From positions 138,305 through 202,304 of the forward strand of contig CAWETW010000004.1 in assembly GCA_963812155.1 (NCBI GenBank): a DNA stretch of 64,000 nucleotides, given 5' to 3'. This stretch comes from Vulcanimicrobiota bacterium. GTDB lineage: Bacteria; Vulcanimicrobiota; Vulcanimicrobiia; Vulcanimicrobiales; Vulcanimicrobiaceae. Position numbers and translations under genes: made by a program. Positions 37,242-49,005 of this stretch are shown piece after piece. How positions within the stretch are numbered: position 1 is the first letter of the stretch; every line of letters starts with the position of its first letter. Under the pieces are notes generated by a model. The model was given only the letters and a program-made list of their open reading frames with translations. It ran no database searches and had not been told where the DNA came from.

Positions 37242-37957
37242 CGGATGAGTCCGTGAGGAATCGCCGCTACGGGCGTCACCGCCGTCAACGTCAACGCCGG
37301 CGCCGTCATCACCGCGGCGACGATCGCCGCGGCAAACGCCAATGGAAAGACCAGCGTGAAACTTCCAAAACGCGGTACCGCGCGGGAGAGCGCGCCGATG
37401 GCGATCTGGACGACGAACGCGAGGCCGATCGCCGGCGCCGCGACCGCGATGCCCACGCCGACGATCGTGAGGGCCCACCCGACCGCGTACGCCGCCCACG
37501 CGTGCGCGTCGATGCCGGCCCCGGGCGGAATCAATGCGAAACTTCGCGCAAACGCCGCAATCGTCACGCGATAGGCGCCGCTCAGAAAGAATCCGCCGGT
37601 ATACGCAAGCGACCAGACGCGGCCGAACCCGCTCGGCGCGACGATCTGCAGGCTGGGAGCGATTGCCTTCACGCCGACGTAATCGTCGATGGCCCGGCCG
37701 CCGGCGTACGCGCCGTCGTAGACGAGCGACGCCGCCATGCCGATCGCCGCACCGAGCAAAAACTCGATCGCAAGCGCCGGTACGGCTTCGGCTCCCAGCG
37801 GCGTGCGCGACGCGCGTACCGCCGGTGCGATGGCGACTGCCAAGAAAAGCGCGAACGCCGCGCGCACGCCCTGCGGCACGCTCGGATGCGAAAAGCCGGG
37901 AGCGCGAAACGCAAATCCGGCGCAGCGCGCGAAAACGAACAGCGCGGTCGCGCTCAC
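37238..37957 (-). CDS. fliR: Flagellar export protein FliR
   Basis: VFAR..GF...APGFS..SVP..VR, EFLLG, G.LSRAVP; located between fliQ and flhB. Confidence 0.85.
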   Translation of the reverse strand: MSATALFVFARCAGFAFRAPGFSHPSVPQGVRAAFALFLAVAIAPAVRASRTPLGAEAVPALAIEFLLGAAIGMAASLVYDGAYAGGRAIDDYVGVKAIAPSLQIVAPSGFGRVWSLAYTGGFFLSGAYRVTIAAFARSFALIPPGAGIDAHAWAAYAVGWALTIVGVGIAVAAPAIGLAFVVQIAIGALSRAVPRFGSFTLVFPLAFAAAIVAAVMTAPALTLTAVTPVAAIPHGLIR

Positions 37958-38220
37958 CCGCCGGTGAGCGCCGGAATAGCGGCCGTCGCGCGTTCGAAGA
38001 GCCCCGCAAGCAGATGCATCGCGGCCGCACCGAACGTCGCGGTGACGGCTCCGATTGCGACGATCTTCGGCAAGAGCGTCAGCGTTTGTTCTTGCACTTG
38101 CGTGGCTGCCTGCACGACGGCAACGGCGGTTCCGACCAGCGCGGCGACCGCGAGCACCGGCAGCGAGATAGCGGCCGTCGCTATCAGCGCATCGCGGAGT
38201 AAAGCTTGGAAGACGTCCAC
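37954..38220 (-). CDS. fliQ: Flagellar export protein FliQ
   Basis: QAATQVQEQTLTLLPKI. Confidence 0.93.
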   Translation of the reverse strand: MDVFQALLRDALIATAAISLPVLAVAALVGTAVAVVQAATQVQEQTLTLLPKIVAIGAVTATFGAAAMHLLAGLFERATAAIPALTGG

Positions 38221-38244
38221 GTCTTCGAAGCTACGCGCGCGCGG

Positions 38245-39153
38245 TTACCGGTGCGTTGCCGAAGAGTATCCCGGCAGCCGCCATGCACTGGCTGCCAGCA
38301 GCGCCGAGACGATCGCGCGCGTCGCGGGCGACCGGTTGAGCGTGTAAAAGTGCACGCCCGGTACGCCCGCCTGAAGCAGTTCGACGGCCTGCATCGACGC
38401 GTAGGCGACGCCCAGCGCCTCGACGGCTGCGGCATCGCCGCGGCGCAGCGTCATCTCGACGTGCAGCTTGGGCGGAATGCTCGCGCCGCAGAGCGCGACG
38501 AAGCGGCGAATTTGATCGAAGTTCGTGATCGGCATCAATCCCGGAAGCATCGGCGTTGAAATGCCGGCCGCTCGCACGCGGCGATCGAAATCGAAATAGA
38601 GCGCGTTATCGAAAAACAGCTGCGAGACCAGGAAATCGGCGCCGGCATCGACCTTTTCTCGAAGGCGCTCGAGATCGCTCGCTTCGCTCGCGGCTTCTGG
38701 ATGTTTCTCCGGATAGCATGCCGCGCCGATGCAGAAGTCGTAGTTGCGCCGCAGCATCGCGATGAGGTCGGTTGCGTGCGCGAAACCGCCGGGCGGCGGC
38801 TCGAACGCTGCCGCCGTTGCGGGCGCGTCGCCGCGCAGCGCGAGGACGTTGGCGATGCCGGCTCGCGCGAGATCGTCGAAGAGCATGCGCAGTTCGGCGC
38901 GGGTCGAGCCGACGCAGGTCACGTGCGCGACGACCGTCATGCCCGTTTCCGATTGAATCTGTTTCGCGAGCGCGACCGTGCGCGCGCGCGTCGATCCGCC
39001 GGCGCCGTAGGTGATCGAAACGAATGCCGGCCGCAGCGGCTGCAGGGCCGCAATCGTTTCGAAGAGGCGGCGCGATCCGTCGTCGTCCTTGGGCGGAAAG
39101 AACTCGAAGGAGAAAAACGGCCGAACGCTCGCGAGCGCGTCGCTAATTCGCAT
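38245..39153 (-). CDS. metF: 5,10-methylenetetrahydrofolate reductase
   Basis: SFEFFPPK, SITYGAGGS, AHVTC, LALRGD, YPEKHP, QLFFD, HFYTLN. Confidence 0.96.
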   Translation of the reverse strand: MRISDALASVRPFFSFEFFPPKDDDGSRRLFETIAALQPLRPAFVSITYGAGGSTRARTVALAKQIQSETGMTVVAHVTCVGSTRAELRMLFDDLARAGIANVLALRGDAPATAAAFEPPPGGFAHATDLIAMLRRNYDFCIGAACYPEKHPEAASEASDLERLREKVDAGADFLVSQLFFDNALYFDFDRRVRAAGISTPMLPGLMPITNFDQIRRFVALCGASIPPKLHVEMTLRRGDAAAVEALGVAYASMQAVELLQAGVPGVHFYTLNRSPATRAIVSALLAASAWRLPGYSSATHR

Positions 39154-39166
39154 GCAGCATGCTTCG

Positions 39167-39575
39167 TTAACGAAAGCTCGCCGTCACGCCTCCGCAGACC
39201 AGCGCCCAGCCGTCGACCATGACGAACAGCAGCAGCTTAACTGGGAGCGAAACGACCGGCGGGCTGAGCATCACCATGCCGAGGCCCATCAGAATCGCCG
39301 CGACCGCGAGATCGATCGCAACGAACGGTAGGTAGAGCGCGAAGCCGATTGCGAATCCGCTGCGCAGCTCGCCGACGACGAACGCCGGAACGAGGACGTC
39401 GAAAGGAGCGCGCTGCGCCGCTTCGTGCGGCTGGTGCGCGATCCGCTCGAAGAGCTGCACGTCCGCTGCGCGCGCTTGGCGCAGCATGAAGGTTTGGAGC
39501 GGGACGGCGGCGCGCTCGAGCGCTTGCGATTGCGACAACGCTCCGCGCGCGTAAGGATCAACAGCGACCGTTGCC
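39167..39575 (-). pseudogene. fliP: FliP, C-terminal half only; 5' half absent at the junction
   Basis: LVPAFVVGELRSGFAIGF..YLPFVAIDL.VA.ILM.LGM.MLSP...SLP.KLLLFVMVDGW; N-terminal TM region missing. Confidence 0.88.
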
Positions 39576-39577
39576 GA

Positions 39578-40492
39578 TCGTGCTCGCCGACTCATCCTCG
39601 CCAAAGGCGACGGTGCGGTTTCCGTGGAGCCGCGAGGAGAGCGCGGCGACCTGGGGCAACCAGCAGGTGTCGATCTGGGTGAGAGATCCGGCCGTCGTCA
39701 CGCTCACCGTCACCGATGCCTCCGGCGCGACGGGGACGACGACGGCGACCGTCAACTTCGCGGACTCCACGTCGAACGGCGACGAGTTCGCGTGCGCGCA
39801 CATCGGCACGCCCCCGCCGGCGCCGTCGGTCCCGGTTCAGGTCTCGTCGGGCTCGACCGACGCGCAGGCGCGCTCGCTGTTTGCGGCGGCGTTCTGCCGG
39901 CTGGCGGGCGTCACGTGCACGGGCGACATCATTGGCGGGACGCCATCGCTGGCAGACGAGGGTAGGCGCCTGCTCGTCGAGCGCAAGATCGAGCAGCTGA
40001 AGGAGCGCATCGAGGAGCTGCGCCGCGATATCGCTGACGCCCTCGCCAGCGAGCGGCGCCTCGCTGACGAGGCCGCGGCGACCGATGACCAGTCTGAGCG
40101 GACGCTGCTGATCGTGCTGGCCAAGATCGCCCACAAGGGCGCACAGGAGGATGAAGAGCTCCTCGACAAGGACATCACCGAGCTCAACGCGCTCGACCAC
40201 AAGGACCGCGCGCTTGTCCACCAGCTGAGCAGCAAGGTGCGCCCCGCCCGAGCCGCCCCGGCCACGCCTCACGTTCGACGTGGTGGCGGTCATCCCGTTC
40301 CGTATCGCCGCGGGTACCGGCGCTGCGGTCAACGGGAACCTAAGCGCGGGCGCGACGCAACTGTTGCGCCGCTACGGCCGGCTGCACCTCACGCTCTACA
40401 CCTACACCCTGACCGCGACCGGGAAGCGCACCGTCACGTCACGCGCCGTGACCATCCACGTCCCGAAAGCCCATCGAACGACGCGCCGCTGA
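39578..40492 (+). pseudogene. 3' part of a PKD/Ig-like-domain secreted protein, frameshift near 40270
   Basis: VTLTVTDASGATGTTT PKD-type strand, coiled coil, continuation in ORF 40280-40492; no 5' part. Confidence 0.5.
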
Positions 40493-41817
40493 CGTCGACC
40501 GCGTCCGGGGGCGGGCGGGATGCGCTCAGCGTCCGCTCGCAAGACTCCAGGTGACCGCTCGCCGAGGTCATCGGGCACTCCGTGGCCGGTCGGCGGTCTT
40601 CGACAGGACGTACTGCAGCTGACCATGCGATCGTCTTGTTCTGACGTCCGCGCTCTTTTGGGCGTACCCGCGGCGATCACTGAGTCATTCTCGGCCCTTA
40701 CGGCAGGCCCCAAACGCACCAGCCACCTTTGATTGGGCTAGGTCCCGCCCGGCGGCAGGTCGACGCGGTAACCGGCCTCTACTCCAGGTTGGCCCCTTCC
40801 CGGGATCGACCAATGCGAGTCGCAGGCCTACACGATCACCGCCACGAACTCGTCGACCGGCGCCCTCACCCCGAAGATGTACGTCGGCGTGGGCGACAGC
40901 TACACGCTCGTCGTCCCCCGCCGGGCGCGTACACGCTGAAGGACTCGCGGATGCCCGGGACAGGCCCGGCGACGGTCACCACAGTGCACAGCACGACCGC
41001 AAACACGTACTGCAACATGCCGTGAGGTCCGTCCCCATCATCGGCGATTCTCGACTCCGCCCACCATCCCTGGTCCCATGCGCGAGCCAAGGTAAGCAAG
41101 AGTCCTCGAGGTCCCGCTCGAGGATCCGCTGCACAGCGACGGCAGAGTACGGGTCGCGGCCGATTAGTGTAGCCGGGTCACCCCTCGGTGGTCCCGAGCT
41201 GGCACTCGAGCCGCCGGGCTTCGCGCTGATCCCCGCAACCTCGCGAGCTGTGTGCTTTGCGCATCGAGTGCCACGGAGGGCGTTCATCCGGTCGCCCGCG
41301 TTCGTCGGCGGCGCGGGCGTCGTGGCACGCAAGCTGCGCAGCTCCCTGTTCGAGATGCCGAGCAGCTCGGCCACCTCGCCAGGCTGCAGGCCGGAGCCGA
41401 GGAGGTCCTCTACCGCCTCAGGCCTGGGCGCGCTGAGCTTCGGCTTGGGCGCGCTCCCAGGCGGCTTTGGCCTCGGCAAGCCGGGCCACGGCCCCGGAGA
41501 ACAAACGCGCCGCGGCAGTACGGGTCGCTAGGCGTTCCTTCGTGGCCGCCGCCTCCTGGGCAGCGAGCTCCCGGAGCCGTCGTGTGGCTGGGTCGTCAGC
41601 AACGCGTGCATGGGTGCGAGCGTAGATCGATTAGCCATAATTAGTTCCTCTCGAGCCAGGGCTCGGAATGTGACAAGAGTAGCCGAATATTGTCAGAGTA
41701 TTTCAAGCACTAGCTGGTATTAGCTTTTGTGGGAGCAAGATATGCGATCAGTACAACTGATCGCGGTGGATGCTTGCCCTGGGGGGCGGCGCATGCCACG
41801 CTGGGACGGTGGGAGAT

Positions 41818-42330
41818 GTGCCGGGGACGGTGCGCCCGGCCGGGGAGCCGGGCGGGGACGGGGGGCGTGACGGACCGGTCTTGGGTAAGGCCGGGGCCAC
41901 CGCGACGGCGCGTCCCGGAGGCCGGTTACGGCGTCGGCCGGGTGGGCGCCGGCGCGTAGTCGGTGTGCGCCTGTCGCCGGAGGAAGAGGCTTGGATCGTG
42001 CCCCGGGCGGCGGCCGAGGGCCTGTCGGTACAACGGTTCCTGGTCGAGTCGGCGCTGCCCGAAGGCCGTCCCTCCCTCCTCGCCCGGCGCGCCCTCTGCC
42101 GCGAGTTCTTGGCGGTGGCGAGAGACCTTCACGGGGCCTGTGTGAACTTGAACCAGCTCACTCACCTTGCCCATGTGAGGCGCGATGTCCCGAGTGGGGC
42201 CGACGAGGTCATGGCCGAAGTGCGGGCTGGAGGTAGGCGCATTGTCGAACTGGCGGCGCTCCTCAGCGCCCGTGGAGGGGGCTCCCCCGGGGGAGGCGGA
42301 GGCGTGAGGCACGAGGGGGCGGAGGCGTGA
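41818..42330 (+). CDS. mobC: MobC-like relaxosome accessory protein
   Basis: RHH-like VRLSPEE...AAAEGLSVQRFL and LHGACVNLNQL (NNLNQ-like); stop overlaps the relaxase GTG. Confidence 0.75.
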   Translation: MPGTVRPAGEPGGDGGRDGPVLGKAGATATARPGGRLRRRPGGRRRVVGVRLSPEEEAWIVPRAAAEGLSVQRFLVESALPEGRPSLLARRALCREFLAVARDLHGACVNLNQLTHLAHVRRDVPSGADEVMAEVRAGGRRIVELAALLSARGGGSPGGGGGVRHEGAEA

Positions 42331-43993
42331 TCGCGAAGGTGACGCGGGGCCAGCAGCCCTCGGGCGCGGTGCGCTACTTGTTCGGCCCTGGGCAGGTACA
42401 ACGAGCACGAGGACCCCCATGTCGTAGCGGCCTCGGCGTCGCTCCGGGTGGAGGCGGGCCTGCGGCCGACCAAGCCCGAACTGGAGGAGCTGGCGGCGGC
42501 TATGGACTTCCCTGCCGTGTTGTTCGGCACGGAGGTCCCCGGCGGCGCCTGCTGGCACCTGTCGCTCTCCACCAAGGCGGGGACGGACCGCGAGTTGTCG
42601 GACGCCGAGTGGGCCGAGGTGGCCAAGGAGGCGATGAGCCGGCTCGGTTTTGAGGCCTCCGGGCACCAGGCGGCGTGCCGCTGGGTGGCGGTCCGCCACG
42701 GCCGCTCCAGCGCCGGCAACGACCACGTCCACGTCGTCGTGGACCTGGTGCGCGAGGACGGGAAGGTCGCCGCGCACGGCCAACGACTTCAAGCGCTTCT
42801 CGGCCCTCTGCGCCGACATGGAGCGCCGCTACGGGCTCAGTGCCGTCGAGGGGCGGGCCAAGAAAGCGGCCATGCCCGGGCTCACCCGGGCCGAGGCGGA
42901 AAAGGCGCGCCGCACCGGACGGGCCGAAGCGGAGCGGGCCGAGCTCGCCCGGGTGGTGCGCGCTGCGGCCACTGTCGCCGCCAGCGAAGCCGAGTTCGTG
43001 CGGCTCCTCCGGGACGCCGGGCTGGCGGCCAGGCCCCGTTACGACCGCGTCGGCGGGCATCGCGTGGTCGGCTACGCGGTGGCCGAGGAGCCCTCCGACG
43101 GAGGGGTGGCGGTCTTCTTCGGTGGGGGGAAGCTGGCGAGGGACCTCTCGCTCCCGGCCCTACGGGACCGCTGGCGCGACGGCGAGGCCGAGAGCCAGGA
43201 GGCCGCCGCCGAGTGGGCTGGTGCAGCCCCGGCGACGGGCGTGCACGAGGCCCCTCGGGCCAGCCGGCACCTCACCTACCGCTGGGCCGAGGCGAGAGAG
43301 CGTTGGGGCAAGACGGCGCTTCGGGAAGAGCACCAGGCGTCCGCCCAGCGCTCCCCGGCCCGGTGGAGAGAAGCGACCGAAGGCCTGGGCGAAGTGGTGC
43401 GCGAGCTGGGCGCCGTCCCCGCCGAGGACGTGACCACCTGGCGAGCGGTCGCCTCCGACGCGGCGGGGGTGCTGGCTGTCTTATCGGGGCGCTTGGAGCG
43501 CGTCCCCGGGCCACTGGCCCACGCCTCGGGCCTGCTCGCCCGCTCGGCCCAAGGGCCTCGGCAAAGGCCAGCGAAAGTTCGCTGCGTCCCGCGCGGCACC
43601 ATCAAGTCGGTGGCCGCCCTCATGGCCCAAGCGGACCTCGACGAGGACACGCCGGCCGCCTGGAGGCTTCTCTTGGCCGAGATGCTCCGGGTGGCCCAGG
43701 CGGTCCACGACGCCCACTTGGCGCGCTCGGAATCTCAGCAGGCTGGCCGCCTGGCCGACGAGGCACGGAAGGCCCTGGACAACGTGAGGGCGCGCCTCGG
43801 GTCGCTGGAAGCGCTCCGGGCCGAGCTCCTCGCGGTAGTCGAGCCTGCCCAGGGGGAAGCCGGACGCGGACAGGAGGAGGCTGCGAGGCGTCAGCGCCGA
43901 CGGGCGGGCAAAGGTGCGCTGCGGCCAGAGCAGTTCGCTCGGACGACAACGGGGCGGGCACCGCCGAAACGGTCCTCGGAAGTGGGGAGGTGA
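42327..43993 (+). pseudogene. MOBP-type relaxase, two frameshifts (about 42398 and 42780)
   Basis: MIAKVTRG...RYLFGPG..NEHEDPH, WHLSLS, WVAVRHG.S.AGNDHVHVV (HUH), then ERRYGL in the next frame. Confidence 0.82.
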
Positions 43994-44419
43994 GCGTGGC
44001 AGAAGCGTGCTGGGACGAACGCTCCGTGCCTCCCTGCTGGCGTACCTGGTTGACGCAGCCTGGCAATGAGAGACGTAGCCGTGACTTTTGGCGCTCGCGC
44101 GACATTATGTGCGCTAGAGCAGGGTCGAAAGTCGACGCCTTATCCGTCTGATATGCATGATTCCCGCCCGAGTTGGGATGGTAGTCGGTAGGGACATTCG
44201 GTATTCGCGACTGCCCCGGTGCGGCACCTCGGAGATGCGGCGCTGCTGGGATATGGGGACGCTCGACGTGCGTGGCAGGGGTCGCTTTTTAGCCGCGCCG
44301 TCTCGGCCACCCTCTGCGCCGTGCACGCCGACGCGGACGCCCAGGCGCTCGACTACCTCGAGCGACGGGCGCTGTGCGTTCGCCGGGGAGCCGGGGGGCT
44401 CCGCCGCATCGGGGCACCG

Positions 44420-45158
44420 GGACTTCCTCGCCGTCGCCAGTCGGTCTAGCCAATCGCTGAGCAGCTGTCGCTCTGCAGGGGACAGGACGCCGGGTGCCTC
44501 GGTGAGCAGTGCCCGCAGCGCGACGGCGTGCACCGCGACCCGTTCAGCCGCCGGTGCCGCGTCGGGTCCTCCGTTTGGGGTCTCGGCGGAGGCCGGAACG
44601 GTGATGGCGGTGAGTATCGCCTCGCGCATGGTCTCGGAGAGCCGCGGGTCGCGTTCCTCGGGTGGGGTGGCGGCGAGAGTGAGCGTGACGCCGGTACCCG
44701 CGGCGTGGATCAGGTCCGTGGCGTGAGCAACATCGACACGGAGCCGCCCGGCCTCGGCGATGCGGGCGACGAGCCCCTGCAGCACCGCAACGCCTTCGTG
44801 TATCACTGATCTGGACGCAGCGACGGACGGGGCGCTGTACAGCGAGCGCGAACGCGTCGGGGTGGGCAAGGCCGAACGCGATGTGGAGATCCCACCCTCG
44901 CCGCAGGTCCTCGACTGGGTCGTTCGTAAGTGCGCGGGTCGCCTGTTCTCGCACGTGGACGGCGAGCGTCTCGCGAGCGACCACGTCGAGCAGTCCCTGC
45001 ATGTCGCCGAAGTGGCGATAGATCGTGGGCGGTTGCACCCCGGCGGCGGCGCTCACCGCTCGCGTGGTCACCGCGTTGCGTCCGCCGGTCGCGAGCAGTT
45101 CGGTGGCGGCGCGCACTATGCGGGCTCGAGCGTCCGGCCTCGGGTCCCTCGATGACAT
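44420..45158 (-). pseudogene. TetR family regulator, frameshift near 44845, 3' end approximate
   Basis: [12 protein letters not shown]...[23 protein letters not shown]-domain continues in ORF 44114-44869. Confidence 0.8.
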
Positions 45159-45176
45159 CAGCGGAAACAATATCGC

Positions 45177-45227
45177 GTTATCGCTGTTGACTATCAGTGC
45201 TGTCGGTAATACGTTAGCGATGATAAC
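45177..45227. promoter_or_regulatory. Two inverted TetR-type operators in the divergent promoter
   Basis: GTTATCGCTGTTGAC (45177-91) and GTTAGCGATGATAAC (45213-27), overlapping TTGACT-17-TACGTT. Confidence 0.6.
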
Positions 45228-45352
45228 AGCGAGATCGGATTCGCAAGCGCTGCGCGCCTCGCCGATGAGGGCTGGGATCTCGTGCTCCTGCCGTCGCGGT
45301 CGAGAGGCCGAGCGAGGTGCTCCTGAGGGACTGATCGCAAAGGAGTTGCCGA

Positions 45353-46196
45353 GTGATCTTCGTGACGACGGCCGGCAAGGTGGGTTCGGCGGCGGCCCGC
45401 CTGATCGCCCAGCGAGACGTTCCTGTGCGGGTACTCGTCCGCCACCCCGAGAAGGTGGCCGCTCTCGCCCAAGCCGGAGTCGAGATCTTCCCGGGCGATC
45501 TGGATTCCCCCGAGAGCATCGACCAGGCGATGCGGGGTGTCTCGAGGGTGGTCCTCGTCACTTCGCCGGTCCTCTCACAGGAGCTGAGCGTGATCGACAG
45601 TGCCGAGAGGGCCGGCGTCGAGCACGTCGTCAAGATCACCAACAAGAGCCGACGCGGACTCGCCGATCGCCCGCCGCCGCATCCAGAGCGAGATCGAAGA
45701 CGCCCTGGTCGCCTCGGGACTCTCCTACACCCTTCTGTGCAACAACGCCTACATGCAGAACTTTCTGATGATGGCGCCAGGGATAGCCAAGACAAGCACC
45801 TTCAGCACCGCGACCGGCGACGGTCGGGTTGGGCACGTCGATGTGCGGGACGTGGCCGCCGCCGCCGCCGAGATCGCGGTGTCCCCCGCCGGCCACGCCG
45901 GAAAGAGGTACTGGCCGACGGGGCCGGAGTCGCTTTCGGGCAACGACGTGGCCGAGATCTTCACCAAGGTCCTTGGCCGACCGATCACCTTTTACCCGAT
46001 CTCCTTTGAGGAACAGAAGCAAGCGATGACCGACGTCGGTCTCCCGGTGCCCGTCGCCAAGGACAACGCCCTGGCGGTCGCCTGGATGGCCGACGGCGAT
46101 TGTGACTACGTCACCGACGATGTGCCACACATCCTCGGCCGACCGGCTGGCTCATTCGAGCGGTTCGCCATCGACTACGCCGAGGCGTTCTCGTGA
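45353..46196 (+). pseudogene. NmrA-like NAD(P)-binding protein, frameshift near 45645
   Basis: [21 protein letters not shown], then SGLSYT.L..NAYMQN, VDVRDVA, TGPE in the second frame. Confidence 0.8.
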
Positions 46197-46299
46197 GGTA
46201 CGGCGGCGGCGGCCCTGACCCCGCCAGGCGTCGTCCCGGCTGTGGCCACGAGCAGGACCTTCGCAGCAAGAGGGAACCAACTAGCAGAAAGGGCACCTG

Positions 46300-46755
46300 A
46301 TGAGCATCAACACGGAAACGACGAGCCGGACCAAGCACCTGCTCGCGCTCATGACGAGGGGTGACGATCTCTTCAACGCACGGGACTGGCAAGCGTTGGA
46401 CGACGTGCACCACCCGGACATGATCGCGTTCATCCCCGGGAGCGCAGAGCCGATCTACGGACGGAAGGCCCATGGCGCGGCGATGCAGCAGCTGGTCCGG
46501 ATGTTCCCCGACGTCCGCGTCCACACCCCGTACCCGGTCCAGTTCGGAGGCGACGACTGGATCACCGTGGTCACCAACGCCACGGGGACATTCACGGGAG
46601 AGATGGCCCTGCCCGACGGCAACGTGGTCCCGCCGACCGGAAAGGCGTTCGACCTCGAGTTCGCCCAGACCAGCAAGTGGGAGGGCGACCAGCTCATCGT
46701 GATCTCTGCCTTCTGGAACTCCGCTGTCCAGAGGCGGCAAATCGGCCTCGCCTAG
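46300..46755 (+). CDS. SnoaL-like ester cyclase / NTF2 family
   Basis: FNARDW, FPDV, GTFTG...PPTGKAF. Confidence 0.85.
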   Translation: MSINTETTSRTKHLLALMTRGDDLFNARDWQALDDVHHPDMIAFIPGSAEPIYGRKAHGAAMQQLVRMFPDVRVHTPYPVQFGGDDWITVVTNATGTFTGEMALPDGNVVPPTGKAFDLEFAQTSKWEGDQLIVISAFWNSAVQRRQIGLA

Positions 46756-47515
46756 CAGCGAAGGACGCCGGCTTGTTCGGAGCGAGCGGATGCAGGTTCC
46801 TGCAATCCACCTGACTGTCCGTCACTCGTCGGCGGTGCGTCCATCGGAGGGGAGGTGACGACGGCCGCTGTGGGCTCCGACACGTCGCAAGGGGTAGAAA
46901 TGGTGCTCCACGCCTGGCGCTTAACCCGCCCATACCTACCCGCCGTCCAGGCAGCCGATCAAAAGCTCGGCGTCAGCAGCTCCAACGAAGTCGGAAGCAC
47001 TCGGATCGACATACGATTCTCACTCACCGAGCTGGTTGGTACGAAATCGACGACTCTCCCAGAACGTGAGCGTGGAACTCTGGAGCCACCTTGCCCCCGA
47101 CCGCCGGCTCAGGGAAGCCATAACGACGCCGGATTCGTTCATCAGGACGTTGTCGGATTTGCAAATATTCGATACCGTAAACCCCAGCGCGATTGGCACT
47201 TTCGAGTGAGGTAAAGGGAGAACGCCGACCTTGGTCTGAACAATATGTGCGTGGTTTTCTGTTCTGACGCAGGCTAAATTTGCCTTGAACCAAAGGCGGC
47301 AAGAACCGTCTGGTCGGTCGTGCGGACGCTCCGCTCGACGCGAGCGTTCTGGACGCCAATCTGTCTCTCGAGCACCTTCAGCTGCAACTCCCACTCCTTG
47401 GCTGCCACTTATGGGTCGGCCTCGATGGCCAACGGGAGTTGGCCTCCCGCTAGCGCGGTGTCAACACCGGTCTAGCCCGCCGACAGCCGACAGCCAGAGC
47501 TTCGTGGTGTAGAAC

Positions 47516-48336
47516 GTGTTTGTGGCCACGAGTGAGCTATTGCGCTTCTACGAGACGCCGACCGAGTTCACCGACCTCGGACGAAGAGCGGTAATGGCCG
47601 CTGAGCTGCCGAGCGGCCCGCAGCAGTTGGGCGAAGTCGTGCGCGGTCTGCTCGTGCACAACTACCAGGTGAAAGTTCGTGGCCTGGAGGTGCCACCAGA
47701 GCGGATGGCGCACATGCAAACGGTTGGCGCCGAGCGGATTCTTGGATAACGTTATCGGCCCCGACGCCAGCCCTCTGGCAGTCGAGCGTCCGCCTGAGCG
47801 CCGCATGGTGGGTTTCTCTTACCACTTAGCGCTCCTGCACTGTGCGCTGCTTCGTAACGCCGGGACCCCGAGCGCGGGTGAGATGTGGCTTTGCGAGTTA
47901 CTTCGAGCCCGGCCTGTGGATCGACCACTGGGTGGTCGAGTGGTGGGACGGAAGAGGCTGGCGTCTCAACGACCCACAGACGGGATGGGGCGACCTCTCT
48001 GAGGAGGACTTCCGGAATGGCGTCACGGCATGGAGTTTGGCTCGAGCCGTCCCAAGCCAAGCTGGTTCCTACGGTAACGGAGAGTTGTGGGGCTCGGACG
48101 AACTGCGCGGCAGCCTCATCAACGACGTAGCGGCTCTCAACAAGGTCGAGATCTCAGGCTGGTACTGGTGCCAACGCCTCCGCGTGGAACCCATAGCTGG
48201 ACCGCACGAGGAGCTCGACACGTCGCTTGACGTCCTCGCGCGCCTGGGCGCGGCAGCGGCGTCGATTGCCGAACTCAACCAAGCTTACGAGCTGTACCCG
48301 GATGTTCAGCCGCCATCAAACGCCGTAGCGCGGTAA
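47516..48336 (+). pseudogene. Transglutaminase-like protein, two frameshifts (about 47740 and 47865)
   Basis: VRGLLVH, RPPERRMVG, ARVRCGFASYF, DHWVVEWW. Confidence 0.65.
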
Positions 48337-49005
48337 GGGAACGCCCTCCCTGGATTAGGTTCGGTCCCGATCCCCCGGCCGGTAGCGGCGTCGTTCGGGC
48401 GCTCGGACCATGCATAGATAACTTTGGCAGTTCTGGGCAGGAGTGCCCGTCAACCTCCGCACCTGCGCGCACCGAACGTCCGATGGCTCATGGCCGAAGA
48501 CCGCGCCCTATTCGGCCGATCCCGGCAGCCATGTCCAAGAAAGCCTGACTTTCGGGCTCCAGCACAGATTGTCGGCCGTTGGCCCGGCAATATGAGCGTT
48601 CGTTCCGGAGCGCCCCGAATCGAAAATTCCCCTGTTCGCTCAGGCAATATCCGTCGATCTGCATGTGCACGAGTCCCCAAACGCCGCCAAAGGATCCCGC
48701 ACAAAAAGGGGTGTTATGGACGGCTCAAGTGGGCGATTCTGGACGGCGGGTTGGTCGTCTCAGCGGAGAAAGACGGACTGGTGCGCCAGCCTTTCACGTT
48801 GGCGTCCGCGACGTTTCCCAGAACCAGGTGCTCAACTCTGTGGTGAGGACCGCATAGCTTGCCGAGGTGTGGCTCAGCTCGTACAAGGTCAGTGGTCCAG
48901 CGGGAAGCGTCTGTTTGAAGGGCACCTGAGCCTCCCTAGGCGAGGCGGTCGAGGGAGTCGCGAGCGCCTGAACCTCCTGTGGCGCTTGCAGAGTTGGCGA
49001 ACGGA

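Noticed and set aside
40560..41620. Short ORFs, including an HTH-like fragment at 41100-41480
   Set aside because: Fragmentary, without clear starts or family motifs.
48690..48730. Possible IS end (GGGGTGTTATGGACGG)
   Set aside because: No partner repeat or transposase recognised.
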